Source of the DNA: Escherichia phage vB_EcoM-172859UKE1
DNA: 64,000 nt
Sequence record: MZ234025.1
Strand: one strand, 5' to 3'
Shown piece after piece: positions 56,230 to 63,814 of this stretch. The notes under the pieces are model-generated. The model was not told where the DNA came from. It saw only the letters and a program-made list of their open reading frames with translations, and did not search any database. Positions within the stretch are counted from its first letter, which is position 1. Each line of letters begins with the position of its first letter. A program made the position numbers and the translations under genes.

Positions 56230-56593
56230 GCCCTGGGCGTATGAATACAAGCGTAAATTAATCCCAAACGAAGTACTATTTGGCCCTATTTTAGCTTTAG
56301 CATTTTTAATCTTTATGATTGTAGGAGCTGTTTTAGATTCTAGTGAAGTTATATCGTCTGATGCAGTGTTTTTACTTATTATAGCCGGGTCGTTTATTGT
56401 GCCATTTTTATTAATGCCTATTAACTGGGTGGGATATTGGTACCAAGGCCGTCATCACAGAGCTCGAGTTCGTGAATGGAAAGTTCAGTGCGCAAAAGCC
56501 AAAGCTCAGTATGATGAAGCTGTTAAAAAGTATGAATATGAAGAAGCTATGGAATTCGTTAAGGAAATAAGATGCAAAAGCCTCAACTCTTAA
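56198..56593 (+). CDS. small 2-TM membrane protein (131 aa), C-terminal ..EFVKEIRCK..
   Basis: ATG 56198 (track starts at TTG 56168); two hydrophobic helices; overlaps upstream gene by 32 nt. Confidence 0.5.
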   Translation: MSKPTLYMPIKPWAYEYKRKLIPNEVLFGPILALAFLIFMIVGAVLDSSEVISSDAVFLLIIAGSFIVPFLLMPINWVGYWYQGRHHRARVREWKVQCAKAKAQYDEAVKKYEYEEAMEFVKEIRCKSLNS

Positions 56594-56931
56594 CCGTATG
56601 GCCTTCTCTTGGTGAGAACATTCTAATTTTTATTATGAGTATTGGCATGGGATTTGCCTTTGGATTAGTTGGATTTCTTATTGACGGCGTTGTGTTAGGA
56701 TTTATAGGGAACACTGGTGGATTCACAGACCAATGGCAGGACTTACGATATACTCAAGCCTTTGCATCAATCGCATCCTTTTGTACAGTAGTCTATTTTT
56801 ACTACGATTTTATAAACCATAACAAGAAAAATAAAAAGGTTTACGCTTCTCAAATGATTAGTTATAATGAACTCCTAGCTAGACGTGAAAATGAAACAAT
56901 CGAAAACTTTATTAAGGAATGTAGAAAATGA
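56572..56931 (+). CDS. small multi-TM membrane protein (119 aa), C-terminal ..ENFIKECRK
   Basis: ATG directly after the upstream junction motif. Confidence 0.5.
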   Translation: MQKPQLLTVWPSLGENILIFIMSIGMGFAFGLVGFLIDGVVLGFIGNTGGFTDQWQDLRYTQAFASIASFCTVVYFYYDFINHNKKNKKVYASQMISYNELLARRENETIENFIKECRK

Positions 56932-57233
56932 GTAAGATTATTGAAATTAAAGTACCAGAGTTTAATGATGCCAAATCCGCTTCAGATGCAATTTATAAAC
57001 TTCTGAATCAAGCTGAACGTATCGAAGAAGAAGCAACAAAGATCGCAGACCAATATGCCGTATCATTTTCTGTAGGTGATTATGGTAGCGGTCGTACTTA
57101 TTATCCTAAGGGTGAAATCGTATCCCAGTGGATGAAAGATGAAATTGAAAATAATGGTGGCGATGTTAAGCGTGAAGGTAATGGTTACGTTATTACTGAA
57201 GGTGCTTGGGTTTCGTCTTCTGCGTTGTGCTAA
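56928..57233 (+). CDS. paralog A of tandem family ending GAWVSSSALC (101 aa)
   Basis: ATGA-coupled; shares C-terminal G-x-W-V-x-S-S-x-x-C with the next two genes. Confidence 0.55.
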   Translation: MSKIIEIKVPEFNDAKSASDAIYKLLNQAERIEEEATKIADQYAVSFSVGDYGSGRTYYPKGEIVSQWMKDEIENNGGDVKREGNGYVITEGAWVSSSALC

Positions 57234-57242
57234 GGAATCATT

Positions 57243-57515
57243 ATGTCTAAAGAACAAACCGAACTGGCTGAAGCTGTAGCAAAAATCTATGCAGCTATTG
57301 AGGCTGCCAAAGAAATTGCTGATAAACAAAACACAACATTCGACTTGTATCCAGCTTATGGTATGGGTGGAACCTATCATTCACCCGGACATCTTAAAGC
57401 CGATCTTGAACGTTGTACAAAAAACGGTTATGCTGAATGGGCTGATGTTTATCAATACGACTACAACCTGAGCCTTGAAGATGGTGGTTGGGTTGCATCT
57501 TCACACACTTGCTAA
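57243..57515 (+). CDS. paralog B of tandem family ending GGWVASSHTC (90 aa)
   Basis: SD TAAGGAA; conserved junction TGC-TAA-GGAA. Confidence 0.55.
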   Translation: MSKEQTELAEAVAKIYAAIEAAKEIADKQNTTFDLYPAYGMGGTYHSPGHLKADLERCTKNGYAEWADVYQYDYNLSLEDGGWVASSHTC

Positions 57516-57524
57516 GGAAACCAT

Positions 57525-57722
57525 ATGTCTCGTGAATTAGATTGTGCTGTACGTACCGCGGTAGCTGCTCTAGAAAACCTGTTCCAAATTGCAACAGAAG
57601 AACGCGAAGAAGTTACATTATGGATTGAAGATAACGCAGGTCTGAATCTCCAGGACGCGATCTCATTATCTAATAATAGCATTACTGTTCAAGGCTGGGT
57701 ATCGTCTAGTTATTCTTGCTAA
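57525..57722 (+). CDS. paralog C of tandem family ending QGWVSSSYSC (65 aa)
   Basis: SD AAGGAAA; conserved junction TGC-TAA-GGAA. Confidence 0.55.
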   Translation: MSRELDCAVRTAVAALENLFQIATEEREEVTLWIEDNAGLNLQDAISLSNNSITVQGWVSSSYSC

Positions 57723-57726
57723 AACA

Positions 57727-57756
57727 GTTTACAATAAGATAGGACTATGTTATAGT
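57727..57756 (+). promoter_or_regulatory. T4-type early promoter cassette with GGACTA/TAGTCC inverted repeat
   Basis: GTTTAC 57727-57732, TATAGT 57751-57756. Confidence 0.6.
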
Positions 57757-57784
57757 AGTCCTATCAAATTAAATGGAGTCCGCA

Positions 57785-58024
57785 ATGATTTATTACGAAA
57801 GTATCGGAACCAAAGTGATTGGTAAAACCATTACTCGTGAAAAGTTTGCAAAGATATTCGATATGCGTTATAAAAAATCTGAACACAAAGGCATCCGATT
57901 CGAAGATGCGCACTGTACAATTTGCCCTTATAATGAAGACATAAATGGTACAATCGTTCCATTGGTAGAGGCTTCACATGATGACCTCTGGGATGAATAT
58001 AATATCGCATGTCGTGAAATTTAA
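57785..58024 (+). CDS. hypothetical protein (79 aa)
   Basis: ATG 57785 with GGAG 6 nt upstream. Confidence 0.5.
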   Translation: MIYYESIGTKVIGKTITREKFAKIFDMRYKKSEHKGIRFEDAHCTICPYNEDINGTIVPLVEASHDDLWDEYNIACREI

Positions 58025-58052
58025 GTTAATGAATTAATCCGAGGAAAATATT

Positions 58053-59009
58053 ATGATGTTAGTTATTGGTTCTCGTGCACTTCACTATCATGGTCTTATT
58101 GATTCTAGCGCTATCAAAAATAGTGATTGGGACTTTATTGCGGACCAAGGTTCTTGGAATGCATTCAAAAATCAAATGATGGGTGTATATGTTCACCAAG
58201 ATAACCCTGATGTCCAAGTTTTCAAATGCTTCCATAATGGACGCGAAACTCATTTTGAAGCATATATTGTTCCGGCGATCACTAATGTCCGTGAATTAGT
58301 CGGTGAACTCACTCCTGAAGATTTCACGTCTTCTTATGACCTTTTAAAATACGCCAAGAAAAATTTGACTAAAGACCGTTTGACCGGGTTTTACTGGGCA
58401 ACTCCTGAGATATGTCTTGCAATTAAAATGTCTCATCGTTTCAAGAAAAATAATCCATTCTTTTTAAAGACTATGAACCATATTCAGTATCTTCGCGGTA
58501 AAGGTGTTACACTGAACGATGAACTTACTGAAATTATGCTGAAACGCCAGAAAGAAACTTTGAACTATGCTCACCCGGTTCTTGACACTTCTAAAAGTGC
58601 GTTCTTTAAAGATGACATCTATACATATGACCATGATACTATTCATGAAGCCATTGCACTAACTGACCAGCCTGCTTATAAGTTTTATATGAAAGAAGGC
58701 TCAGAAGTTATGACATCACGCGAGAAGTTCGAATCATTACCAGAAATGGTTAAATTAGCCGGTGTATATGAAGAAGCTTGTGTATTAGCTCTTGAACGTT
58801 CACAGATTCCTAACGACTTTAAAATCCATCCGAGTGATAGTTTTATGATGGCCCTTGAAAAGGTCTGTACATCAATCACATCAGGATGGTTCCGTGAGTT
58901 CGCTTGGGAAAATTATAGCAAAGTAGTAAGTATGTACCAAAGCTTAGGACATGACGATTACGTCAAGCGTTTCAAACAAAACTTTCATATGGTAAAACCT
59001 TTCAAATAA
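58053..59009 (+). CDS. hypothetical 318-aa protein; N-terminus has a GS...DxD pattern weakly reminiscent of Pol-beta-type nucleotidyltransferases
   Basis: ATG with GAGGAAAA SD; VIGSRALHYHGLIDSSAIKNSDWDFIAD; functional call is inference only. Confidence 0.55.
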   Translation: MMLVIGSRALHYHGLIDSSAIKNSDWDFIADQGSWNAFKNQMMGVYVHQDNPDVQVFKCFHNGRETHFEAYIVPAITNVRELVGELTPEDFTSSYDLLKYAKKNLTKDRLTGFYWATPEICLAIKMSHRFKKNNPFFLKTMNHIQYLRGKGVTLNDELTEIMLKRQKETLNYAHPVLDTSKSAFFKDDIYTYDHDTIHEAIALTDQPAYKFYMKEGSEVMTSREKFESLPEMVKLAGVYEEACVLALERSQIPNDFKIHPSDSFMMALEKVCTSITSGWFREFAWENYSKVVSMYQSLGHDDYVKRFKQNFHMVKPFK

Positions 59010-59021
59010 TTTCACAAAACA

Positions 59022-59051
59022 GTTTACAAGGTCTGTAGTTGTTGATACTAT
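59022..59051 (+). promoter_or_regulatory. T4-type early promoter cassette
   Basis: AAAACAGTTTACA, TACTAT 59046-59051. Confidence 0.6.
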
Positions 59052-59055
59052 AGAC

Positions 59056-59092
59056 CTATCAAAACAAATGAGTGAATGGAGATATAAAAATG
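59056..59092 (+). repeat. conserved 5'UTR cassette copy (CTATCAAAACAAATGAGTGAATGGAGATATAAAAATG)
   Basis: Nearly identical to 50953..50988. Confidence 0.7.
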
Positions 59093-59290
59093 ACTACTTT
59101 GAATAAACGTTTCGGTAAAGCTAAACCTGGTTGTGCAGCAGAACGTCGTTATGTTTTCGCTCAGTTAGAAGATGTAGAGTATCAGATTAATCAAGTTCAC
59201 ATTACTGGTATCGAGCCTATGTGTGGCCTTGAAGCTCTTCGTGAAGTTCGTGATGGGTATCGTCGTGACATCGAAGAAATGTCAAAATAA
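59090..59290 (+). CDS. hypothetical small protein (66 aa)
   Basis: ATG 59090; track ORF N-extended. Confidence 0.5.
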   Translation: MTTLNKRFGKAKPGCAAERRYVFAQLEDVEYQINQVHITGIEPMCGLEALREVRDGYRRDIEEMSK

Positions 59291-59320
59291 GTGTACAAAC
59301 TGATAGGGCTATGTTATAGT
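59291..59320 (+). promoter_or_regulatory. early promoter cassette (variant -35 GTGTAC) with inverted repeat
   Basis: GTGTAC 59291-59296, TATAGT 59315-59320. Confidence 0.5.
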
Positions 59321-59346
59321 AGTCCTATCAACTTGAGGAGAATATT

Positions 59347-59652
59347 ATGAAATTAACAGAAACCAACCGAATCGGTCTTTTTACAATATTTGCATCGCTT
59401 TTTTACGCAGCTCTTTCTGTTGCAGTATTACAAAAGGCTTACGATATGGATGGTGTTCCTGGTTGTATATTTTTATCACCGTTTTTATTATTCGTCGGAG
59501 CTTTGATATTATATGCCACGTCCGGTTTAGACCATAATGTCTGGGTCAATTATAAACGTAAATTGTCCGAAGAAGAACACGCAGAAGCTCGTAAAAAAGC
59601 TATTGAATCTACCAATCTAGAAAATTTCATTAAAGAATGTCGAGGAAAATAA
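59347..59652 (+). CDS. small 2-TM membrane protein (101 aa), C-terminal ..ENFIKECRGK
   Basis: SD GAGGAG; hydrophobic helices. Confidence 0.55.
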   Translation: MKLTETNRIGLFTIFASLFYAALSVAVLQKAYDMDGVPGCIFLSPFLLFVGALILYATSGLDHNVWVNYKRKLSEEEHAEARKKAIESTNLENFIKECRGK

Positions 59653-59653
59653 T

Positions 59654-60340
59654 ATGAATAGTTCTAAAGTGTTTAATAGTCAAGCTCGTGCAGTAGGTGG
59701 TTTTGCCGGCGGTATTTCTAATGATAAAATCAAGAACGAGCCTATGTTCTTCAACTGTAGTTTAGAATTTGCTTATAATAACGGCGGTCCTATTACTCGC
59801 TCTTTCATTATGAACTTGCCGGATGATTGGAACACCGACCAGGTTGTATTTGATTCACGAGTCCACATGCTGATGCCTGGTTGGTATCCTGCAATCCCAG
59901 GCTATCACCATGATGACGTACCACGCCCAGATATTCCAGTTGGTCAACACTTTATTACTGCAGGACAACCTGACTATGACAACCCTCGTTACCATTCTGA
60001 ACATATTCTTGGTCTTGTTAACGCTGATGTGTGTCCTACTCATTTTGCAACAGGAACTGCGGAGTTCAGTCAGATTCCTTATGGCGAACTTATCTATCGC
60101 CAGTGGCACAAAGAAGTCCTCGAAAAAATTGAAAAAGGTGAACTAGAGAAATGGGAAGCTCCAGATCGTACTCTTCTTCAGTTTGATTGGCAAACATGGC
60201 ACACTGGTTCTCGTGCAATTAGTAACGGATGGCGTTGGTTCGGACGTGTATCTCGTAATACAGACCGAGTTAAAAAGATTACCAATGAAATTCGTGTCAA
60301 TGCTCAAGTTTATCTGGAATTCCCTATGGAAGGCTGGTAA
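59654..60340 (+). CDS. hypothetical protein (228 aa), His/Asp-rich
   Basis: Starts 1 nt after previous stop, directly after the junction motif. Confidence 0.55.
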   Translation: MNSSKVFNSQARAVGGFAGGISNDKIKNEPMFFNCSLEFAYNNGGPITRSFIMNLPDDWNTDQVVFDSRVHMLMPGWYPAIPGYHHDDVPRPDIPVGQHFITAGQPDYDNPRYHSEHILGLVNADVCPTHFATGTAEFSQIPYGELIYRQWHKEVLEKIEKGELEKWEAPDRTLLQFDWQTWHTGSRAISNGWRWFGRVSRNTDRVKKITNEIRVNAQVYLEFPMEGW

Positions 60341-60831
60341 TGATACATAAAATTCACTGGGCAAACATGGACGATGACGACGAAGGTACTTCATATTATT
60401 CTATAGATTGGACAGGATGTCCATCCTACTTAGTGAAACGTCATTGTCAAGCATTTAAAATCGACCAGCCAGCAGGTATTATTGTGAACAGATACATTAA
60501 CGGATATCAACCTATCGATGAAGTAATACGAACAACTCAAGCTGAGCTTGAAAAGTTTTTCAATAAGTGCCAATGGATAACAGGATGGATTATATTTGTA
60601 CCGTCAGTGTGGTTTTTTAGTACTAAGGTGAGTTCTTTCGGTTTTGTTGATATTATTGCTATCTTATTAGCATCTAGTATCATAAGTGTTGTTGGTGGCA
60701 TCATTGGCGGCGGTACCGCCGCCATCATTATTAATCTTATTAAAAGTAGTTTACAAGAACATAAAGACAAGATAAAAGCCAAGAATAATGAAGTTGAACG
60801 TTTTATTACCGAATGCAGGAATTTGAGATGA
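60340..60831 (+). CDS. membrane protein (163 aa): soluble N-domain ending ..LEKFFNKCQ fused to TM segment, C-terminal ..ERFITECRNLR
   Basis: TAATG-coupled; internal and terminal copies of the junction motif. Confidence 0.55.
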   Translation: MIHKIHWANMDDDDEGTSYYSIDWTGCPSYLVKRHCQAFKIDQPAGIIVNRYINGYQPIDEVIRTTQAELEKFFNKCQWITGWIIFVPSVWFFSTKVSSFGFVDIIAILLASSIISVVGGIIGGGTAAIIINLIKSSLQEHKDKIKAKNNEVERFITECRNLR

Positions 60832-61064
60832 GTATAGCAATTTACATTAAATCAGAATCATGTGATAGTTATCTGTACACATATGATAAAGATGTGTCAG
60901 AAGAAAAAATCAAAGACGATCTTAATATGGACCTTGATTTGTTCCGTCCTATTGCAGATTACAAACTTGCGGTCTCTAATAGTGAAAGTCCATCTAAAGA
61001 AACGCGCATTGAAGAATTTATGTCAGAATTAATGGCCAAATCATGGGACCGAGATGATGAGTAA
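60828..61064 (+). CDS. hypothetical small protein (78 aa)
   Basis: ATGA-coupled at 60828. Confidence 0.5.
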   Translation: MSIAIYIKSESCDSYLYTYDKDVSEEKIKDDLNMDLDLFRPIADYKLAVSNSESPSKETRIEEFMSELMAKSWDRDDE

Positions 61065-61512
61065 GAAAAATAAAGTGAAAGAACTATCAGCCGGTATTAT
61101 CTTCATGACAAAAGATAAAGAGTTATTCATGGGGCGTGTAACTGGTTCTCGTCCTAAAGGTGCATTAGCTCATCGGTGGGATATTCCTAAAGGCCGTGTC
61201 GAACCCGGCGAATCTCCTATTGAAGCCGCTATTCGTGAATGCGAAGAAGAAACTGGGTTTACACAATATGACCCTGCCTTCCTGAAAGACCTAGGTGAAC
61301 ATAATTACTCAGACAATAAGAATATTCATCTGTTCCTATATACCATCCCTGTAGAGCACGAGCAATTCAGAAACAGTGTTTGTAATTCTTATCATACATT
61401 CCCAGACGGACGACAGATTCCTGAATTTGATGCATTCGCTTTAATTAAACCTTCTCAATGGGAATATGTAATGGGCAAATCATTATATAAGGTGCTCACT
61501 ACCCTCCTATAA
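61057..61512 (+). CDS. nudE: Nudix hydrolase NudE
   Basis: 151 aa; Nudix box GRVEPGESPIEAAIRECEEETGF; immediately upstream of e as in T4. Confidence 0.8.
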   Translation: MSKKNKVKELSAGIIFMTKDKELFMGRVTGSRPKGALAHRWDIPKGRVEPGESPIEAAIRECEEETGFTQYDPAFLKDLGEHNYSDNKNIHLFLYTIPVEHEQFRNSVCNSYHTFPDGRQIPEFDAFALIKPSQWEYVMGKSLYKVLTTLL

Positions 61513-61521
61513 GTAATAAAT

Positions 61522-61543
61522 ACCTCCTATAAACGTGGGAGGT
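61522..61543 (+). promoter_or_regulatory. RBS-sequestering hairpin of gene e (ACCTCC...GGAGGT) with embedded late-promoter-like AT box
   Basis: 5' arm ACCTCC pairs with SD GGAGGT 4 nt before the e ATG; loop TATAAACGTGG; upstream AATAAATA at 61514-61521. Confidence 0.5.
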
Positions 61544-61546
61544 ATT

Positions 61547-62035
61547 ATGAATATATTTGAAATGCTTCGTAATGACGAAGGTCTTAGACTGACTTTATAC
61601 AAAGACACTGAAGGCTTTTGGACGATTGGCATAGGCCATTTAGTAACAAAGAACCCGTCTTTAGCCGTAGCTAAAGCTGAACTTGACAGAATGATCGGTC
61701 GTAAATGCAACGGTACAATTACCCTTGATGAGGCTGAAAAGCTATTTAATGAAGACGTTGATAAAGCCGTTCGCGGAATCTTGGGTAATGCTAAACTTAA
61801 ACCGGTATACGATTCTTTAGATGCGGTTCGTCGATGTGCATTGGTCAATATGGTCTTCCAAATGGGTGTAGCAGGCGTCGCCGGTTTTACTAATTCTCTT
61901 CGTATGCTTCAACAGAAACGTTGGGACGAAGCGGCAGTAAATCTAGCCCAATCTAAATGGTATCGTCAGACACCTAATCGCGCGAAACGCGTAATCTCAA
62001 CATTTAAAACAGGAACTTGGAAAGCGTATATATGA
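61547..62035 (+). CDS. e: endolysin (T4 lysozyme e)
   Basis: 162 aa; near-identical to recalled T4 lysozyme ([27 protein letters not shown]; catalytic E11, D20, T26 present); track ORF starts 12 nt upstream. Confidence 0.95.
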   Translation: MNIFEMLRNDEGLRLTLYKDTEGFWTIGIGHLVTKNPSLAVAKAELDRMIGRKCNGTITLDEAEKLFNEDVDKAVRGILGNAKLKPVYDSLDAVRRCALVNMVFQMGVAGVAGFTNSLRMLQQKRWDEAAVNLAQSKWYRQTPNRAKRVISTFKTGTWKAYI

Positions 62036-62313
62036 AAACATATAGTGAATTTTTATCAGAATCTATTCTTAGCGAAGCTACTGACACATTTGCAACTAAG
62101 CTAGGTGCAGCTTTGGTTGAAGCTGAAAGTCTATTAGCACGTATTTCTGAACTTGCTAGTAAGATAGATACTCGCAAATTTGAGCGCACTAGTGATATCG
62201 TTAAGCTTGAAGCATTGTTGCGCATGTGCGATAAACCGGAAGAAATCGCTAAGAACGGCTCTCTAATGAAACAACGTCTTGAAAAATATATTTCAGGCGC
62301 TTCAGAAAAATAG
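62032..62313 (+). CDS. internal-protein-like protein with CTS ([11 protein letters not shown]..)
   Basis: 93 aa; ATGA-coupled to e; N-terminal capsid targeting sequence. Confidence 0.6.
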   Translation: MKTYSEFLSESILSEATDTFATKLGAALVEAESLLARISELASKIDTRKFERTSDIVKLEALLRMCDKPEEIAKNGSLMKQRLEKYISGASEK

Positions 62314-62314
62314 T

Positions 62315-62344
62315 GTTTACTTCCTCCAAGAGTTTTGATACTAT
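62315..62344 (+). promoter_or_regulatory. T4-type early promoter cassette upstream of denV
   Basis: GTTTAC 62315-62320, TACTAT 62339-62344. Confidence 0.6.
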
Positions 62345-62371
62345 ACATTCATCAACTACTTGGAGGAAATT

Positions 62372-62785
62372 ATGACCCGTATCAATTTAACACTTGTTTC
62401 TGAACTGGCCGACCAACATCTTATGGCTGAGTATCGTGAATTACCTCGTGTATTCGGTGCAGTCCGTAAACATGTCCAAAACGGTAAACGTGTAAAAGAT
62501 TTTAAAATCTCTCCAACATTTATCTTAGGCACAGGTCACGTAACATTCTTTTACGACAAACTCGAATTTTTACGTTTACGACAAATCGAGCTAATCGCTG
62601 AATGTTTGAAACGTGGTTTCAAAATCAAGGACACGACAGTCCAGGATATTTCCGACATCCCTGCCGAATTTCGTAATAATTATGTCCCGTCCGAAGCGTC
62701 CATTGCGATAAGTCAAGCACGCTTAGATGAAAAAATTGCTCAACGTCCGACTTGGTACAAATACTATGGTAAATCAATTTACTAA
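62372..62785 (+). CDS. denV: endonuclease V (pyrimidine dimer DNA glycosylase) DenV
   Basis: 137 aa; near-identical to recalled T4 DenV ([34 protein letters not shown]...). Confidence 0.9.
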   Translation: MTRINLTLVSELADQHLMAEYRELPRVFGAVRKHVQNGKRVKDFKISPTFILGTGHVTFFYDKLEFLRLRQIELIAECLKRGFKIKDTTVQDISDIPAEFRNNYVPSEASIAISQARLDEKIAQRPTWYKYYGKSIY

Positions 62786-62791
62786 GGAAAA

Positions 62792-62908
62792 ATGAAAATG
62801 TATCAAGAATTTATCATTGAAGCAGATGCCAAAGGTCCTAAAGTAGATGTTGACGATATTGGATACGATTTTAACAACTTCGGAATTATTTCTGGCGGTA
62901 AAGCTTAA
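62792..62908 (+). CDS. mini internal-protein-like ORF (38 aa) with CTS-like start MKMYQEFIIE
   Basis: ATG 62792 with GGAAAA SD; below track cutoff; could be a remnant. Confidence 0.35.
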   Translation: MKMYQEFIIEADAKGPKVDVDDIGYDFNNFGIISGGKA

Positions 62909-62911
62909 ATT

Positions 62912-62941
62912 GTTTACGCTTAAGTATTAATATGGTATAAT
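62912..62941 (+). promoter_or_regulatory. early promoter (GTTTAC-N18-TATAAT)
   Basis: GTTTAC 62912-62917, perfect TATAAT 62936-62941. Confidence 0.6.
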
Positions 62942-62971
62942 TACTCTATCAAAACAAACAAGGAAACAAAA

Positions 62972-63286
62972 ATGAAAACGTATAAAGAATTTATTGCAGA
63001 ATCCGCCAACCAACGCGTTGAAGGCGGTTATATTTGGATTGAACAAGTTGAACCACCGAGCCGCACTTCTACAGGTAAATGGAAAATTACTGTTGATGGT
63101 CCTGGTGGTAAACGTAGGACCCTTAAAGAAATTAATGGGTACTATGAAGAAGCTCTTTCGGATGCAGGAACTTACATGATGCAAATCATGATTAAAAACC
63201 CTGAAAACCGTTTTGCAGCTAAAGTCTTCCGTCGCATCGGTAATAAACTTTATGATGCATACTCTAAAAACTTCCCTAAAGAATAA
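62972..63286 (+). CDS. internal-protein-like protein with CTS (MKTYKEFIAES..)
   Basis: 104 aa; N-terminus matches the T4 IP capsid targeting sequence. Confidence 0.6.
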   Translation: MKTYKEFIAESANQRVEGGYIWIEQVEPPSRTSTGKWKITVDGPGGKRRTLKEINGYYEEALSDAGTYMMQIMIKNPENRFAAKVFRRIGNKLYDAYSKNFPKE

Positions 63287-63311
63287 CATAAATTAAAACA
63301 ATAGGAACAAA

Positions 63312-63641
63312 ATGAAAACGTATCAAGAGTTTATCACTGAAGTTACATTATCTGCGGAACAGAAAGCTGCTATCGAAGAAGGTAAAAATCCCAAAGTAAC
63401 ATATAAAGTAAATAGTAAAGGCGTTTTTGATGGTTTGGTTCAAGACCCTGAATTGAAAAAAGCTCTTTCTAAAACTAATGCGTACTTTGCTCCTAAATTT
63501 AACACAGCCGGTGTACTTATTGGATTGGATGTATTCAACTCTAAAGGTGTTCTATCTAGTGCCTTTGGTTATGCCGCTAACAAAATTACCAAAGCTGCAT
63601 GGGAATCCAATACCAAACAAGCTCAAAAGCCTAGAGTATAA
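63312..63641 (+). CDS. internal-protein-like protein with CTS (MKTYQEFITEV..)
   Basis: 109 aa; CTS N-terminus. Confidence 0.6.
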   Translation: MKTYQEFITEVTLSAEQKAAIEEGKNPKVTYKVNSKGVFDGLVQDPELKKALSKTNAYFAPKFNTAGVLIGLDVFNSKGVLSSAFGYAANKITKAAWESNTKQAQKPRV

Positions 63642-63814
63642 TTCTTGCCTAATAAAGGGAAACGCAACCTCTCCTCATGAACGTCGAGTCCTCTGAGTGA
63701 TGTACCTTTTCCAACCTGTAATAAGGTCGAGCCCAAGTGCGGTAATGGGTTTACATAGCGAGTCGAAGGACCTAACATGTGCCACGGAATGGCCCCAACC
63801 TTAAGAGAAACTAA

